Below, piece after piece: positions 9,358 to 19,862 of a stretch of DNA of 64,000 nucleotides. Source of the stretch: Naegleria gruberi (Eukaryota). The stretch is from the NCBI GenBank assembly GCA_000004985.1, contig GG738871.1, one strand, 5' to 3'. The stretch's first letter is position 1. Each line of letters opens with the position of its first letter. The position numbers and the translations under genes were made by a program. Below the pieces are notes generated by a model. It was not told the DNA's origin. It worked only from the letters and a program-made list of their open reading frames with translations, and did no database searches.

Positions 9358-11541
9358 CTAGCTCAATATTAACTTGAGAACTTCATCATTTGATTTATCT
9401 GACAGAGTAGTCTTGAAAGTAAGCACTCCATTCAACAGTGAAATTACATAAAGAGTTTTTTCCTGTTCGCCTGTCTCTACAAACATAGAGTTAGATCTTG
9501 GATAGATATTAACAGCATTTGGACGTTCAGAGAGTTGTTTCCTAAATGTCCAAACTAGAGTTCCAGATTTGATATCAACACAATAGACCGATAGATAAGT
9601 ATCACCAAATAAATCTTCAGTTTCCACATCATCCGCCATCTCATCTTCATTGGCAGGTTCTTCCATTGTTTCCTCAGATTCATCCTCAATATCTACTACT
9701 TCTTCCTGTTGTTGTTGACGTTCTTTCAATGGCTTATGTACACATGCAAAGTAAATATTGCTTCCGTAGAGATAGTATGATTTGCAAGAAGTCTTGGCAG
9801 GTATTTCCAAAGGAACAGACCAAACAATAGATGGTGTTAAAACCTGCTCAACTACCTTCTCACGATTTCTAAAGTGTCTTTCATGTTCTACATTCACAGC
9901 AACTGATTTTAAGCATGAACATCCCTTCTTGTAAGGCAAATTGCCAAAAGTTGCCTTCTTTTCATTGGCTTGATAAGGTGAGAGGTAAACAAATCCACCC
10001 AAAGACTTTTCTTCATCCTCAAAAATTACAAGAGGCTCTCCTGAGGCAAGATTATTTCTATCCTTGTCAAAACCGGAAAAGATATTCTTCAATTGATCTA
10101 TATCAAATACACTCCCAGAGGCAAACAGATTGTTTGGAGTGACATGTAAATTGCCTGAGAAGGAATCTCCAACAGTAGTTCCAGTCATAGATAATAGAGA
10201 GAAATGACTCTCAGATCCTGTTAGCAGATATATTTGATTGTCATCTGTTACTATTGAGGATATTAATCGATCTACATTAGCAACATCCTTTAAGAGCCCA
10301 ACTTCGCGTAAAGTCATTCTATCCAGTATATGGACATTATGCTTTTTTGTCTTTACAATGTAAAACTTGTCGATAGGTAAGAGTGATGAGGTAGCCTCTT
10401 CTAATTCTTCCTTTGGGAGTTTTACACGAAGTGTTACGAAATGTCTACACACGCCTTTCATATCTAGCAAGGCAATATAATTTGGAAATTCTAATACAAT
10501 TTTTCTGGTTAAATGATCATAAAATACAAATAAAAGATTATCCTTAAAGAATTCCTTTCTTTCCCTCTCTACAACAGACTGAAATTCATAAGACTCCTCA
10601 AATTTTCTGGTATCATTGGCTTCATTTTGAAGCTCAATCATTCTTTGTTGCCATTCAGCACTATTAATTGCTACTTGTTGATTTTTCATAGTGTCATTGA
10701 ATGTTTGTCTCAATCGTTCCCTTCTTTCCTTGTCCTTGAGGGTCAAAAGCTCCCTCTTGAAAGTGCTAAAGGCCTTATCCTGTTGCAATTTTACCTCCAA
10801 AGGTTTGATTTGATTGAATGCATCTTCTGAGAGTGAAAGAACTGTTTGACCAGTTGGAACATCTACCACTTGAAAAGTATCCTTCCCTCTATTTGGATCG
10901 AATATAAATACATAATCAGTACCAGTGTAAACTCGTTTTTGTTCAGATCCAGACTTGTTGAAAATCTCAAACCTTTCATGTATGTATGGAGAATGAATTG
11001 AAGTCATTTCTTTCAATGAGGCAATTGTATTTGGCAATGTATAAATCACCTTGCTTTGCAAAATATCAAAACATGATTTTCCATCCTTTAAAAAGGTATA
11101 TCTGTCTCTATTCTTGATACTTCCCTTCAAACACATTTGATTCCAAGACTTTGATACTAATCGACATGTTTGAATTTCCTCCAAGGTAAGAAAAGCCAAT
11201 GACGTGCTGATACAATCTTCAACAGTCATAGATACAAACTCTGATGAAGGCTTTTCACCCATAACCATAAATTGAAGTTTTCTTCGTTTGAGACTTCTCA
11301 GAGTAATATCATTGGTCAAGACTTTTCCAGAGCAAATAATTTTAGTTCTTGATGGTGGTATCCCAAAGTCCTGCTCCAATTCTTTCTTGATGGTTTGTAT
11401 GCTGGTATTTTCATCCAAGTCTAGAGTACATTTGGTTTTCTTACTCAGAATGTTGAAAGATACATTCACTATACTATTATTATTATTGGAAATCATGATT
11501 CTCTTATTAATTTGAACTTGTTGAAGATGTATGATGTACAA
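9358..11541 (-). CDS. Ubiquitin-like domain plus F-box protein with a large C-terminal region, possibly a beta-propeller. The real start is probably the Met at MISNNNN.
   Basis: The ubiquitin-like fold shows in KCTLDLDENTSIQTIKKELEQDFGIPPSRTKIICSGKVLTNDITL (compare ubiquitin [22 protein letters not shown]). The F-box-like segment is SLAFLTLEEIQTCRLVSKSWNQMC. Confidence 0.5.
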   Translation of the reverse strand: MYIIHLQQVQINKRIMISNNNNSIVNVSFNILSKKTKCTLDLDENTSIQTIKKELEQDFGIPPSRTKIICSGKVLTNDITLRSLKRRKLQFMVMGEKPSSEFVSMTVEDCISTSLAFLTLEEIQTCRLVSKSWNQMCLKGSIKNRDRYTFLKDGKSCFDILQSKVIYTLPNTIASLKEMTSIHSPYIHERFEIFNKSGSEQKRVYTGTDYVFIFDPNRGKDTFQVVDVPTGQTVLSLSEDAFNQIKPLEVKLQQDKAFSTFKRELLTLKDKERRERLRQTFNDTMKNQQVAINSAEWQQRMIELQNEANDTRKFEESYEFQSVVERERKEFFKDNLLFVFYDHLTRKIVLEFPNYIALLDMKGVCRHFVTLRVKLPKEELEEATSSLLPIDKFYIVKTKKHNVHILDRMTLREVGLLKDVANVDRLISSIVTDDNQIYLLTGSESHFSLLSMTGTTVGDSFSGNLHVTPNNLFASGSVFDIDQLKNIFSGFDKDRNNLASGEPLVIFEDEEKSLGGFVYLSPYQANEKKATFGNLPYKKGCSCLKSVAVNVEHERHFRNREKVVEQVLTPSIVWSVPLEIPAKTSCKSYYLYGSNIYFACVHKPLKERQQQQEEVVDIEDESEETMEEPANEDEMADDVETEDLFGDTYLSVYCVDIKSGTLVWTFRKQLSERPNAVNIYPRSNSMFVETGEQEKTLYVISLLNGVLTFKTTLSDKSNDEVLKLILS

Positions 11542-12148
11542 GAAAAAATCAATCGATTCCGAAAACTACACTTTCAAAATATGATCAATTTTTAAGCCTG
11601 AGCAAATGATGAAACTCTATTCCCAAGCCTTCTTCGCTTTTTTTTGTTTGTTCTATTTTTGCTTCAAAATTTGCTGCTCTTGGTCTTTGAACAAAACATT
11701 GTTCTTGAAGCAAATTTTTCATCAACATAAGCTCTCATATGTAACAATAACTTTGTCCTAACTACCTCCTCTCGGAACACCAAATAATATTATCATCCAA
11801 ATACCATCCATTAGGAGTCAATAATTTTGAAAGAAGATTAAATTCTTGATGATTTTTTTCAAGCTCCAAAAAATGGCTCCTTCCTTCTCGCCCACACCAA
11901 ATGGCAAAACAATAATTTCAGCACAGCAACAGCTGCAGTCGGAGTCTTCATTTCGTGATGAATGTGTTTGTGGAGAGAATGTTGAATGGCTTGGTTGATT
12001 TATCTACATCTTCTATTGTACCACTTATTGAATCTTCTTCATCATCTTTGAAAGGGAATCAAATCAATAATAATCAGGACTATGTATTGATAGTATTAAT
12101 GCAAACTTTGATAATTCATCCATTACACCAACAAAAGCCATCATTAAC

Positions 12149-13618
12149 ATGTCGATATGGGGATTTGAGGATATTCTCTTCTTGTTTATTTCATTAATTT
12201 GTTCTCTTGTTCTCATTAGATCATTCATGAGAAGGAGGAAAAAGCAACAACAACGAGAAACATCATCCACAACAATAGCAACTACAAATAATGTACATGA
12301 AACCTCTGGTTTATCATCAATAATAACAAAACCAAGTCCAGTCGATATGATGGCAGGAACAGCTACTAAAAAACCAAAAATCACACGACACTACCAAGAT
12401 GGACACTCCTTTCCACATACTGCCTCTATTATCATCATGATCATCATTCTCTGTTTATCATACAGTACTATTCTCACTATACAGTGCATCTACATGGGCC
12501 AAGCTGCTTACAATATGATGAATGAAGATTCCTATCACAGCAAGGAAATAATTTTAGGATTTGATGCTTCAGTGAGAGGTCTCTTCTCTATTGCCTATCT
12601 TGCCCAACTTGTTCTCTCACTTAATTACTTTACAATTTTGTACAAGTTTTCATCAAGGCACTTGGCTCACAAAATTGTTTTTGCAGCTATTGGATTGTTG
12701 GGCTGTTTGAACTTGTCCCTCAATGTAGTTTCTCACTTGTTCAAAATTCTCTACACTTATTTTAATATCAAGTTTGCAGGAAGTGGACCTGCTACATTAT
12801 TGGTTGAACAAATTTCCATCCTAGTTTCTGCCTCAACATCAATATTTTTATCACTAATTATTGCACTTGCAGCAGTTTTGTTCGCATTTGTTAATAATCC
12901 TAATAATATGAGGAGATTAAGATCTAGATTAATTCTTTTTATTTTCCTGCATCAATTTGTTTGGATTATTTATGAAACTTATAGAATTATTTCACAATTT
13001 GATATATTATTTGGAATTCAATTGGTATCATGGCCAGATTTAATAATGCAATCAATAATGTATCTCCTCTTGATTACCTATGTATTGATAGTGGTGATAA
13101 CAATTGCACTTTTCAATAGAGGAAATGAACATCAAGCTCTTCTTTCTACTGAATGGATGGCACTTATTGAGGATGAGGATGATGCTGAACCAACCATTTT
13201 CGATTTCCAAGCCAAATCCAGAGCTATTCATGCTCGCCCTAACATGGATCAAATTCCAACTCACTCCCTCTCCCCTCACTCATTCAATAATATGAGTGAA
13301 AGTACCTATGGAGCTATGGGTTATAACAGTATGGTTGGTAGTTTACCGATCGGTATGAGAAAGGCAACACCAAACACTAGCTTGGGTTTTGAAGCATCCA
13401 TGTATTCCACCAATCCAGTTAATGCCCAATCTAGTGCCAATAATAATAGACATTCTGGAAACAATCAAGGACGTCTCAATACCTCCTCATCCATTATTTA
13501 CAATCGTTCCGACAATGTACCAATTCTCAAAGAAGAAGAACCTCCAAAAGACACCATTTACTCCTCCAGTCTTACTTCTAACAATTCATCATCCTCCTGG
13601 ACACACAAACTCAACTAG
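12149..13618 (+). CDS. Seven-transmembrane membrane protein (GPCR-like topology) with an Asn/Ser-rich cytoplasmic tail.
   Basis: I counted seven hydrophobic helices in the translation. There is a basic stretch after TM1. The C-terminal 150 aa are low-complexity. No family-specific motif recognised. Confidence 0.4.
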   Translation: MSIWGFEDILFLFISLICSLVLIRSFMRRRKKQQQRETSSTTIATTNNVHETSGLSSIITKPSPVDMMAGTATKKPKITRHYQDGHSFPHTASIIIMIIILCLSYSTILTIQCIYMGQAAYNMMNEDSYHSKEIILGFDASVRGLFSIAYLAQLVLSLNYFTILYKFSSRHLAHKIVFAAIGLLGCLNLSLNVVSHLFKILYTYFNIKFAGSGPATLLVEQISILVSASTSIFLSLIIALAAVLFAFVNNPNNMRRLRSRLILFIFLHQFVWIIYETYRIISQFDILFGIQLVSWPDLIMQSIMYLLLITYVLIVVITIALFNRGNEHQALLSTEWMALIEDEDDAEPTIFDFQAKSRAIHARPNMDQIPTHSLSPHSFNNMSESTYGAMGYNSMVGSLPIGMRKATPNTSLGFEASMYSTNPVNAQSSANNNRHSGNNQGRLNTSSSIIYNRSDNVPILKEEEPPKDTIYSSSLTSNNSSSSWTHKLN

Positions 13619-13847
13619 AGTTGTACAACCATAATATATTAAAAATAAACAGTACAATTCCCAAATCAAGATTTATTTAAACAATGATTAGTAATTTCCA
13701 ACAACAACTGGTATGTTATGCAACACCGAATTTGCTTAAACATTGTTACAATAACAAGTGCAATTTCCAAAAAGCAAGTTTCATGAATTTGAGAGAAATA
13801 TAAAAATATTTTGTTGAACAAACCACTGAACTTTAAAACTGAAAAAA

Positions 13848-14990
13848 ATGTTCAAAGGTTACTCTTCCATTCAAAATCACTTTCTCAAGGACGTTGATTC
13901 CTATCCACTCCAAACACAATACGATCCACAGGTACCATGGATCGTAACAGAAAAGATTCACGGATCAAACTTTAGTTTTGTAGTGAGTCTTGTAAAGGAT
14001 GATGCTGCATCAATTGATGATAATAATTTACAAATTCAGGTGGCAAAACGTACGGAAATTTTGGCAGATAATGATCCGTCTTATTATCCAAAGGCTGTTC
14101 GATCAGTTCGTGAATTATATGATGAAAAGATGAAATTGTTATTTAAGAATTTGGCTCTTGATTTGGAAAAGAAGAGAAATGTAAAACTTGTTAGTTTGAG
14201 TGTTTTTGGTGAATTATTTGGTGGTAATTATCCACATAAGGATGTAAAGAATGTTGGTGATAGAGCTCCGATTCAGAGACATGTGTATTATTGTACAGAT
14301 TTTGATTTTTATGTATTTGATATCTTTGTTTTTACAAAGAGTGATGATCCTAATGAAAAGAGATTGAATTATTTCCTTTCCTATGATGATATGGTGGAAC
14401 AAGTGAAAAAAACTGGTTTGGATTGTTATGCAAGAGAATTATTTAGAGGTAAATTGGAAGAATGCTTGAATTATGACAGTGTATTTGATTCTGTCATTCC
14501 TTCCACAATCTATGGTTTACCAGACATGCCTCATCACACCAATATTTGTGAAGGTATCATTATTAAGCCACTTATTGATATGAGGACTGATAAAAATGAT
14601 AGAATGGTTATCAAGAAGAAGAATGATAACTTTATGGAAAAAATTGGTCAAAAAGACAAGGTCAGAAAGGAAAGACTAGTAAAACAAAATACTGGTAAGA
14701 AATTCATTGATGATAAATCAGAACAAGCTATGAGTGATGTCCTCTCCTACATGAATGAAAATAGACTGGAAGGTAACATTTCAAAACTAGGTGACATTTT
14801 CAATTTCCCAAAAATTAGGGAAAGTTGCGTCTATTTACTTGCCCAAGATACTTTGAAGGACTATAGAGAGGAGAATTCTGAAGTGTGGGATCAACTTCCT
14901 AAGGAAGATCGTAAAGCAATCTCTGGTGCCTTACCTGCAATTGCTAAACGTTTTGTTGAGGAATATGTCAGTAAGAATAAACAAAATTAA
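13848..14990 (+). CDS. ATP-dependent RNA ligase of the Rnl2/REL-like nucleotidyltransferase family (380 aa).
   Basis: The motifs sit in the expected order. Motif I is TEKIHGSNF (the KxHGxN lysine-adenylate site typical of T4 Rnl2 and kinetoplastid REL1). The motif III region is VSLSVFGELFGG. Motif IV is ICEGIIIKP (EGxxxK). Motif V is VIKKKN. The C-terminal domain of about 150 aa is Lys-rich and unassigned. Confidence 0.65.
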   Translation: MFKGYSSIQNHFLKDVDSYPLQTQYDPQVPWIVTEKIHGSNFSFVVSLVKDDAASIDDNNLQIQVAKRTEILADNDPSYYPKAVRSVRELYDEKMKLLFKNLALDLEKKRNVKLVSLSVFGELFGGNYPHKDVKNVGDRAPIQRHVYYCTDFDFYVFDIFVFTKSDDPNEKRLNYFLSYDDMVEQVKKTGLDCYARELFRGKLEECLNYDSVFDSVIPSTIYGLPDMPHHTNICEGIIIKPLIDMRTDKNDRMVIKKKNDNFMEKIGQKDKVRKERLVKQNTGKKFIDDKSEQAMSDVLSYMNENRLEGNISKLGDIFNFPKIRESCVYLLAQDTLKDYREENSEVWDQLPKEDRKAISGALPAIAKRFVEEYVSKNKQN

Positions 14991-15173
14991 TCTTACTTTC
15001 ATTAAGGTCATTTATTCCAACTTGATTATCACTATTGTTGCGATGGTATTGGGTAGGAAAATGGGTTGTTAGTGGAAAGGTCAGTAAGGTAAATGCATCT
15101 ATTTAGAGAAAATTCTTTAGGTTGTTTTTATTTACATTAATATAAATTCTTTAAAAGTCTTTAGTGAAAATCA

Positions 15174-15794
15174 TTACAATAATTGACATTGTCTATTCTT
15201 TCTCGATAACAATTCTTGTTGTTTCTTTTCCTTATTTTCAAAATATAAACGAATCACTTGATCAAAAACATTCTTCACTCCAGCACCTGTCTTTGCCGAA
15301 CATTCAACATATTTGGCTGCCTTGACATCTGCTCTGAGTTTTTCTCCCATTTCTTGTGAAATGACAGTTTTTCCTCTTTCTTTCAGTTTTTGTAAAATAG
15401 TTTCGTCTTCCCTCAGATCTGTTTGTGTTCCTATCAGAAGGATTGGCACATCCTTGCAGTGGTGGCGCACTTCTGGACACCATTTGAGTTTAACATTTTC
15501 ATAACTAGCTGGGATGACTGTACTGAAACACATGAGGAAGGTTTGTGTTCCTGGATACGAAAGTGGACGAATCGAATCAAAACTTTCTTGACCAGCCGAA
15601 TCCCACAATCCCAAATTGACAATATTTCCATCAACCTTTACACTGCAACTATAATTATCAAAAACAGTTGGTAAATATTCCTCAGTAAATTTATCATTGG
15701 CATAGACGTATAATAGACATGTCTTTCCTACTGCACCATCACCTACGGTAACGCACTTGATATGAGTAATGGAAGTCATTTTGTTGTTGTTCAT
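15174..15794 (-). CDS. Rho-family small GTPase (Rac-like) with a C-terminal CAAX box (CQLL).
   Basis: G1 is [11 protein letters not shown]. The switch II segment reads WDSAGQE and the guanine-contact motif is TQTDLRED. These, and the prenylation motif, give it away. It is a single exon. Confidence 0.9.
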   Translation of the reverse strand: MNNNKMTSITHIKCVTVGDGAVGKTCLLYVYANDKFTEEYLPTVFDNYSCSVKVDGNIVNLGLWDSAGQESFDSIRPLSYPGTQTFLMCFSTVIPASYENVKLKWCPEVRHHCKDVPILLIGTQTDLREDETILQKLKERGKTVISQEMGEKLRADVKAAKYVECSAKTGAGVKNVFDQVIRLYFENKEKKQQELLSRKNRQCQLL

Positions 15795-16134
15795 TTCTTT
15801 TTGTCTTTGAACTCTAATTCGTTTAGTTTCGTTTTGAATCTAATGCTGCTAAAAGTGAAGAAACCTCACCAACAAGAGGAACAGAGAATATATCGAACAC
15901 GGAACAAGATAGGAATGACCTTATCACTCTTTCAAAATCCTCAACAAACTAATTGGTAGGGAAATATACTAAACCATATTAGAAAAAAAAAGAGACAAGA
16001 CTATTACGCACTTGATTGCAATATGCAAGACATCTGAGTGTTTCTATCTGTTGTAGTTTTTGCATTTTCAAGGAACTTGGAATTTACTTTCGAATCACTT
16101 TACAATATGATTCTTCTGTAAACAAATATTTACA

Positions 16135-16620
16135 CTATTTATTCTTTTTAAATGTTGATTTGACTTGATTATTCCCCTCCTTATATCTGTAAACAGTTAT
16201 TTTAATATTGGTTTCAGAGAAGAGTTCACAAAGAATTTCCTTCACCTTCTCCCATTCCAACTTATCCAAACCAATTCCTATTTGTGGCATTGCTAAATTG
16301 GTGATATTAAACCTCAGCATGTGTTCCTTCATGTGGGCAAGACTGGATTTTAATGATTCGTAGGTTGGCACATGGAAATATCGTTCCTTAGTTACCAAAT
16401 AACTTTCATGAAAAATTTTAAAGAATTTCATGTGTTAAATTTCCATATTTCAAGATAAAACATACTAGATCATCATTTCCTCATTAGGAACATACAGTGT
16501 GGCCATTTCTCCAATTTTAGCACCCTGTTCTTTCAATCCATCCACACATCCATATTTTTCCTTGAAAATAACTGCAATTCCTGCTCCCATATTCAAATCA
16601 ACACTCACACAATGACACAT
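16135..16620 (-). CDS. Macro-domain protein of the TARG1/OARD1 (C6orf130) type. Core exons are 16486..16620 and 16135..16402; the intron is 16403..16485 (GTATGT...AAAG). A further 5' exon probably lies within 16635..16810.
   Basis: The spliced product ...CHCVSVDLNMGAGIAVIFKEKYGCVDGLKEQGAKIGEMATL-YLVTKERYFHVPTYESLKSSLAHMKEHMLRFNITNLAMPQIGIGLDKLEWEKVKEILCELFSETNIKITVYRY aligns along its whole length with human TARG1. Matching TARG1 segments are CISEDCRMGAGIA..FKKKFGGVQEL, PTYENLQKSLEAMKSHC and RIGCGLDRLQW..V..IEEVF..TDIKITVY. The upstream ORF ...ITEMDGDLFTSLKSSDW matches the TARG1 N-terminus (YVKGDLFACP), but I could not resolve its splice junction. Confidence 0.6.
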
Positions 16621-16923
16621 GCTTTTGGAAATTTTCAAAGTGGAATCTCTCGATTATCGGAAAGAGGTACTTGTGAGGGGACTGTTTCTTTCCAATCGGA
16701 GCTCTTCAACGAGGTGAATAAATCACCATCCATTTCAGTGATGAGAAATTCATGGGAATGATTGGTCTCGAGATCTAGTTGTGGTGAATGATCTTGTTTC
16801 ATTTTTTTAAAGTAAATTTGGATTTTGCATTCACACAAAGTTTTCAAAATGAAATTGTAATGTTATTGGAAATAAATTAGTGGAATATTTTCTGGAACTT
16901 GTTTAGTCGAAACTGTAACATGT

Positions 16924-19146
16924 TTATTCACTGAAACAATGGATGGACACATCAGTTAGGTAGGCCAGTTGAGGATAAAGAGAAAATTGAATAAATGACT
17001 TGTACCTTTTCATCAATTCCACAATGGTCAAATCTTCCAAAGATGCCAAATCTGTACTTGTTAATGAAATAAATGGTCGATGTCTTTGATTAGAATCTAC
17101 AAATATTAAATTTCTCAAACTCAACTTGGGATAGAGTTCATCAATGATTTGTTCCAATTTTTTTGGACTTTTAAATTTGGTTAGAATATCTACATAGTGA
17201 GGGGATGACAATGCAAATGCGGTAAGGTACTTGTAGATGAATGGATCTTTTAGTCTACTTCTGTAATTATCGAATATCTGGTTGATGGAATGTCTGAAAT
17301 ATTGATTAAACATGGAAATGTAGTTTTGCTCCTCTTTTTGACCTTTGTCCATTAGACAGCAAATGACTTGATTAAGGACAATTCTCAATTCTCGTGGATA
17401 AACTTGGGAAATATTGGTTGTAAATTCAACCAAGATTTTGTCTAGTAAATTCTTTGAGTTTTGATAATGTGAATCTGTGAGATATCTTGGATAATATATA
17501 ATCACTGCTTCCTTTCCTTCCTTAATCATATTGAAACATAGCTGGTATGATTTTATAATTGTATGGGTGGTGGTAGTGTGATTGGAAAGTTGTGCTTTCA
17601 GAATGTAGAAAATAGCTGAGAGGAATGGGCTATGATTTTCAATTTTGTGTTCATTAAAGTAACATTCCATACAGCATTTGACTAGTATTTCAAGTTTACC
17701 AATTTTTGGAATCATGTTGGTGGCTATAAAAGATCCAATTGAAGTATAGGGTATCAAAATGAAAGCCTTAAATGCTATGGATTCTAAAATATTTCTTTCA
17801 GTACTCTGACTTGGGTTGAACAAGATCAATTCGTCAGTCTTATCATAAAATAATTGTTTTTCACGTACTGATCTCATATATATTTCATGCAAACTAGCAT
17901 GTTTGAGTAGTTCATTAAAAAGATCCAATTCTTTGCTCTCAATAATTTCATGTTTAGAAAGTCTAAGTTTGAGCTTGTCTTCCTTACTGAATGTCCTATT
18001 GACGAGCAAAATCATGTCATTGTAATATGTGAAAAGATTTTCCGAGGTTGGTTGTTTCAGAGCTGAAATGAAACTTGCAGTGACAGCATGCAGAATTATG
18101 TAAAAATTTCGAGACATTCCTAAACAATTATAGTGTGTATGTGATGTGATACTGACTTTCATCTTTCTTGAAAAACATTCGAAAATTTTCTGTGCATATG
18201 TTGATTGAAGTTCTCTATTACCAATAGAAATCAAATAGTTCATTACAATATCTAATGTGAATACGGACCCATAGTGTTCATATTTGTGTAGAAACTCTCC
18301 ACTCTTTGCAGATTTACAAAAGAAGTACTTTGTAAATATATGAAGCAAAATTTCAAATAGATCCATTTCAGTATTTGGTAAATGATCTTCCTTGCTCAAG
18401 TCAAATTTGATTGAATCCATCACATCATAAACTTTACTAAAATTCACATCAACATCTTGTAATTTCAATGAAATAGATGCAGTCTTATAGAAATTCGTCT
18501 TTAAATACTGATATAATACATATTGAACATATGAATTTTCCATTTTCGAATTGAACTCAACAATCCAATCTTGTGAAACTCCACACTTTTCAAAATCAAT
18601 CACCAAATAAGCATAAAACAAGTATAAAACAATTGCATTAGCAATCGAAATCCAAAACGAAACCAATTTCCTTCTCTTCCTAATTTCCTCCACATCATTC
18701 AATAATATCCTATCCTCCCTAATCATGAAAATCAACTCATCCACAACAATCATCAATTTCTCAACTCTCTTCATCATGAATTCTTCTTCATCATTTCGAA
18801 TATCGGACTTTGGAAAAGCCTTTGTGATTTGCTTTCTAAAGAAAATATTTCCTTCCTTAGGATCACGAAATAAATTATTTCCAATTAATTCCTTGATAAT
18901 TCTGGCTGAAATTTCATCAAAGGAATTCTCTCCATCTTCTTCTTCTTCTTCTTCATTGATTAATAATAATTTTTCCCATTCAAAGGTAATTTTACAATAA
19001 TTGTAGTGTGATTTTTCGTTAATAGTTTCATCGGAATGATGATTTGATATGAAGTTAAAGAGTGATTGAATTATTTCTTGATCATCAAAAAATGTTTCCA
19101 ACTCGTCTATGAAGTGAAAATTGGAGGTTATCATTGTTGTGATCAA
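16924..19146 (-). CDS. Large hypothetical protein (740 aa). It may have a RasGAP-like LFR motif near the N-terminus. Function unassigned.
   Basis: Long uninterrupted ORF with normal amino-acid composition. It has an acidic EEEEEEDGE patch and an ELIGNNLFRDPKEGNIFFRKQI segment reminiscent of the RasGAP arginine-finger region, but this is weak. Confidence 0.4.
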   Translation of the reverse strand: MITTMITSNFHFIDELETFFDDQEIIQSLFNFISNHHSDETINEKSHYNYCKITFEWEKLLLINEEEEEEDGENSFDEISARIIKELIGNNLFRDPKEGNIFFRKQITKAFPKSDIRNDEEEFMMKRVEKLMIVVDELIFMIREDRILLNDVEEIRKRRKLVSFWISIANAIVLYLFYAYLVIDFEKCGVSQDWIVEFNSKMENSYVQYVLYQYLKTNFYKTASISLKLQDVDVNFSKVYDVMDSIKFDLSKEDHLPNTEMDLFEILLHIFTKYFFCKSAKSGEFLHKYEHYGSVFTLDIVMNYLISIGNRELQSTYAQKIFECFSRKMKVSITSHTHYNCLGMSRNFYIILHAVTASFISALKQPTSENLFTYYNDMILLVNRTFSKEDKLKLRLSKHEIIESKELDLFNELLKHASLHEIYMRSVREKQLFYDKTDELILFNPSQSTERNILESIAFKAFILIPYTSIGSFIATNMIPKIGKLEILVKCCMECYFNEHKIENHSPFLSAIFYILKAQLSNHTTTTHTIIKSYQLCFNMIKEGKEAVIIYYPRYLTDSHYQNSKNLLDKILVEFTTNISQVYPRELRIVLNQVICCLMDKGQKEEQNYISMFNQYFRHSINQIFDNYRSRLKDPFIYKYLTAFALSSPHYVDILTKFKSPKKLEQIIDELYPKLSLRNLIFVDSNQRHRPFISLTSTDLASLEDLTIVELMKRYKSFIQFSLYPQLAYLTDVSIHCFSE

Positions 19147-19862
19147 AATTTTTGATTTTTTTTGAATTTTTTAAATATTATTGAAAATTACTTTTTGGTG
19201 AGGGAGACCATTTATAGGAGTATTGGGTTTACAACACACTACCTAACAGCATAAATAGTTATCAGATATTCTATAATAACAAGATCTTTACATAACAAAA
19301 TTGGAAGAAATGCATTTCATCTCCAAAACTAAACCAAACTAAACATTAGAATCACTGATTGTAAACTTCTTACAGTATTTTCTTACATTCCAATTCCCAT
19401 TTAGAACGTTTGCTGTTCTTCCTTACGAAATCCTTGACGGCAAGACAAATCGCATCACAACTCGAGATAATCTAAAGAAATTCCCATCCGGTTTGGTTTT
19501 TCTAGAGTTCCTCAACGATAACCTCTCTCGTAATCAAATATTTGATTTTTCTTGAAGTTTTCCTTTCCCTCATACATTTACAAATAACCCCCAACACTAT
19601 CTTGCACATCATTTATCCATCACAACAACAATAATCACGCATTTTGTATTTTAGTCTTTGTTCCGTTGGAATCAGTGCAGGACTCAGTTTTCTGTTGATT
19701 TCTTGCTCATTTTTGTTAAGAAATAAGAGAATAGAACTTGCAAATTTCATTTGCTCAAACCAAAAACTAAAAAAAAAGTCATCGCAACAACAAGTTTGCG
19801 AATTCAAAATATTAAAACTCTCTCTAACGTGTTTTTGGCATTTTTCAATTAAACTCAGCAAA

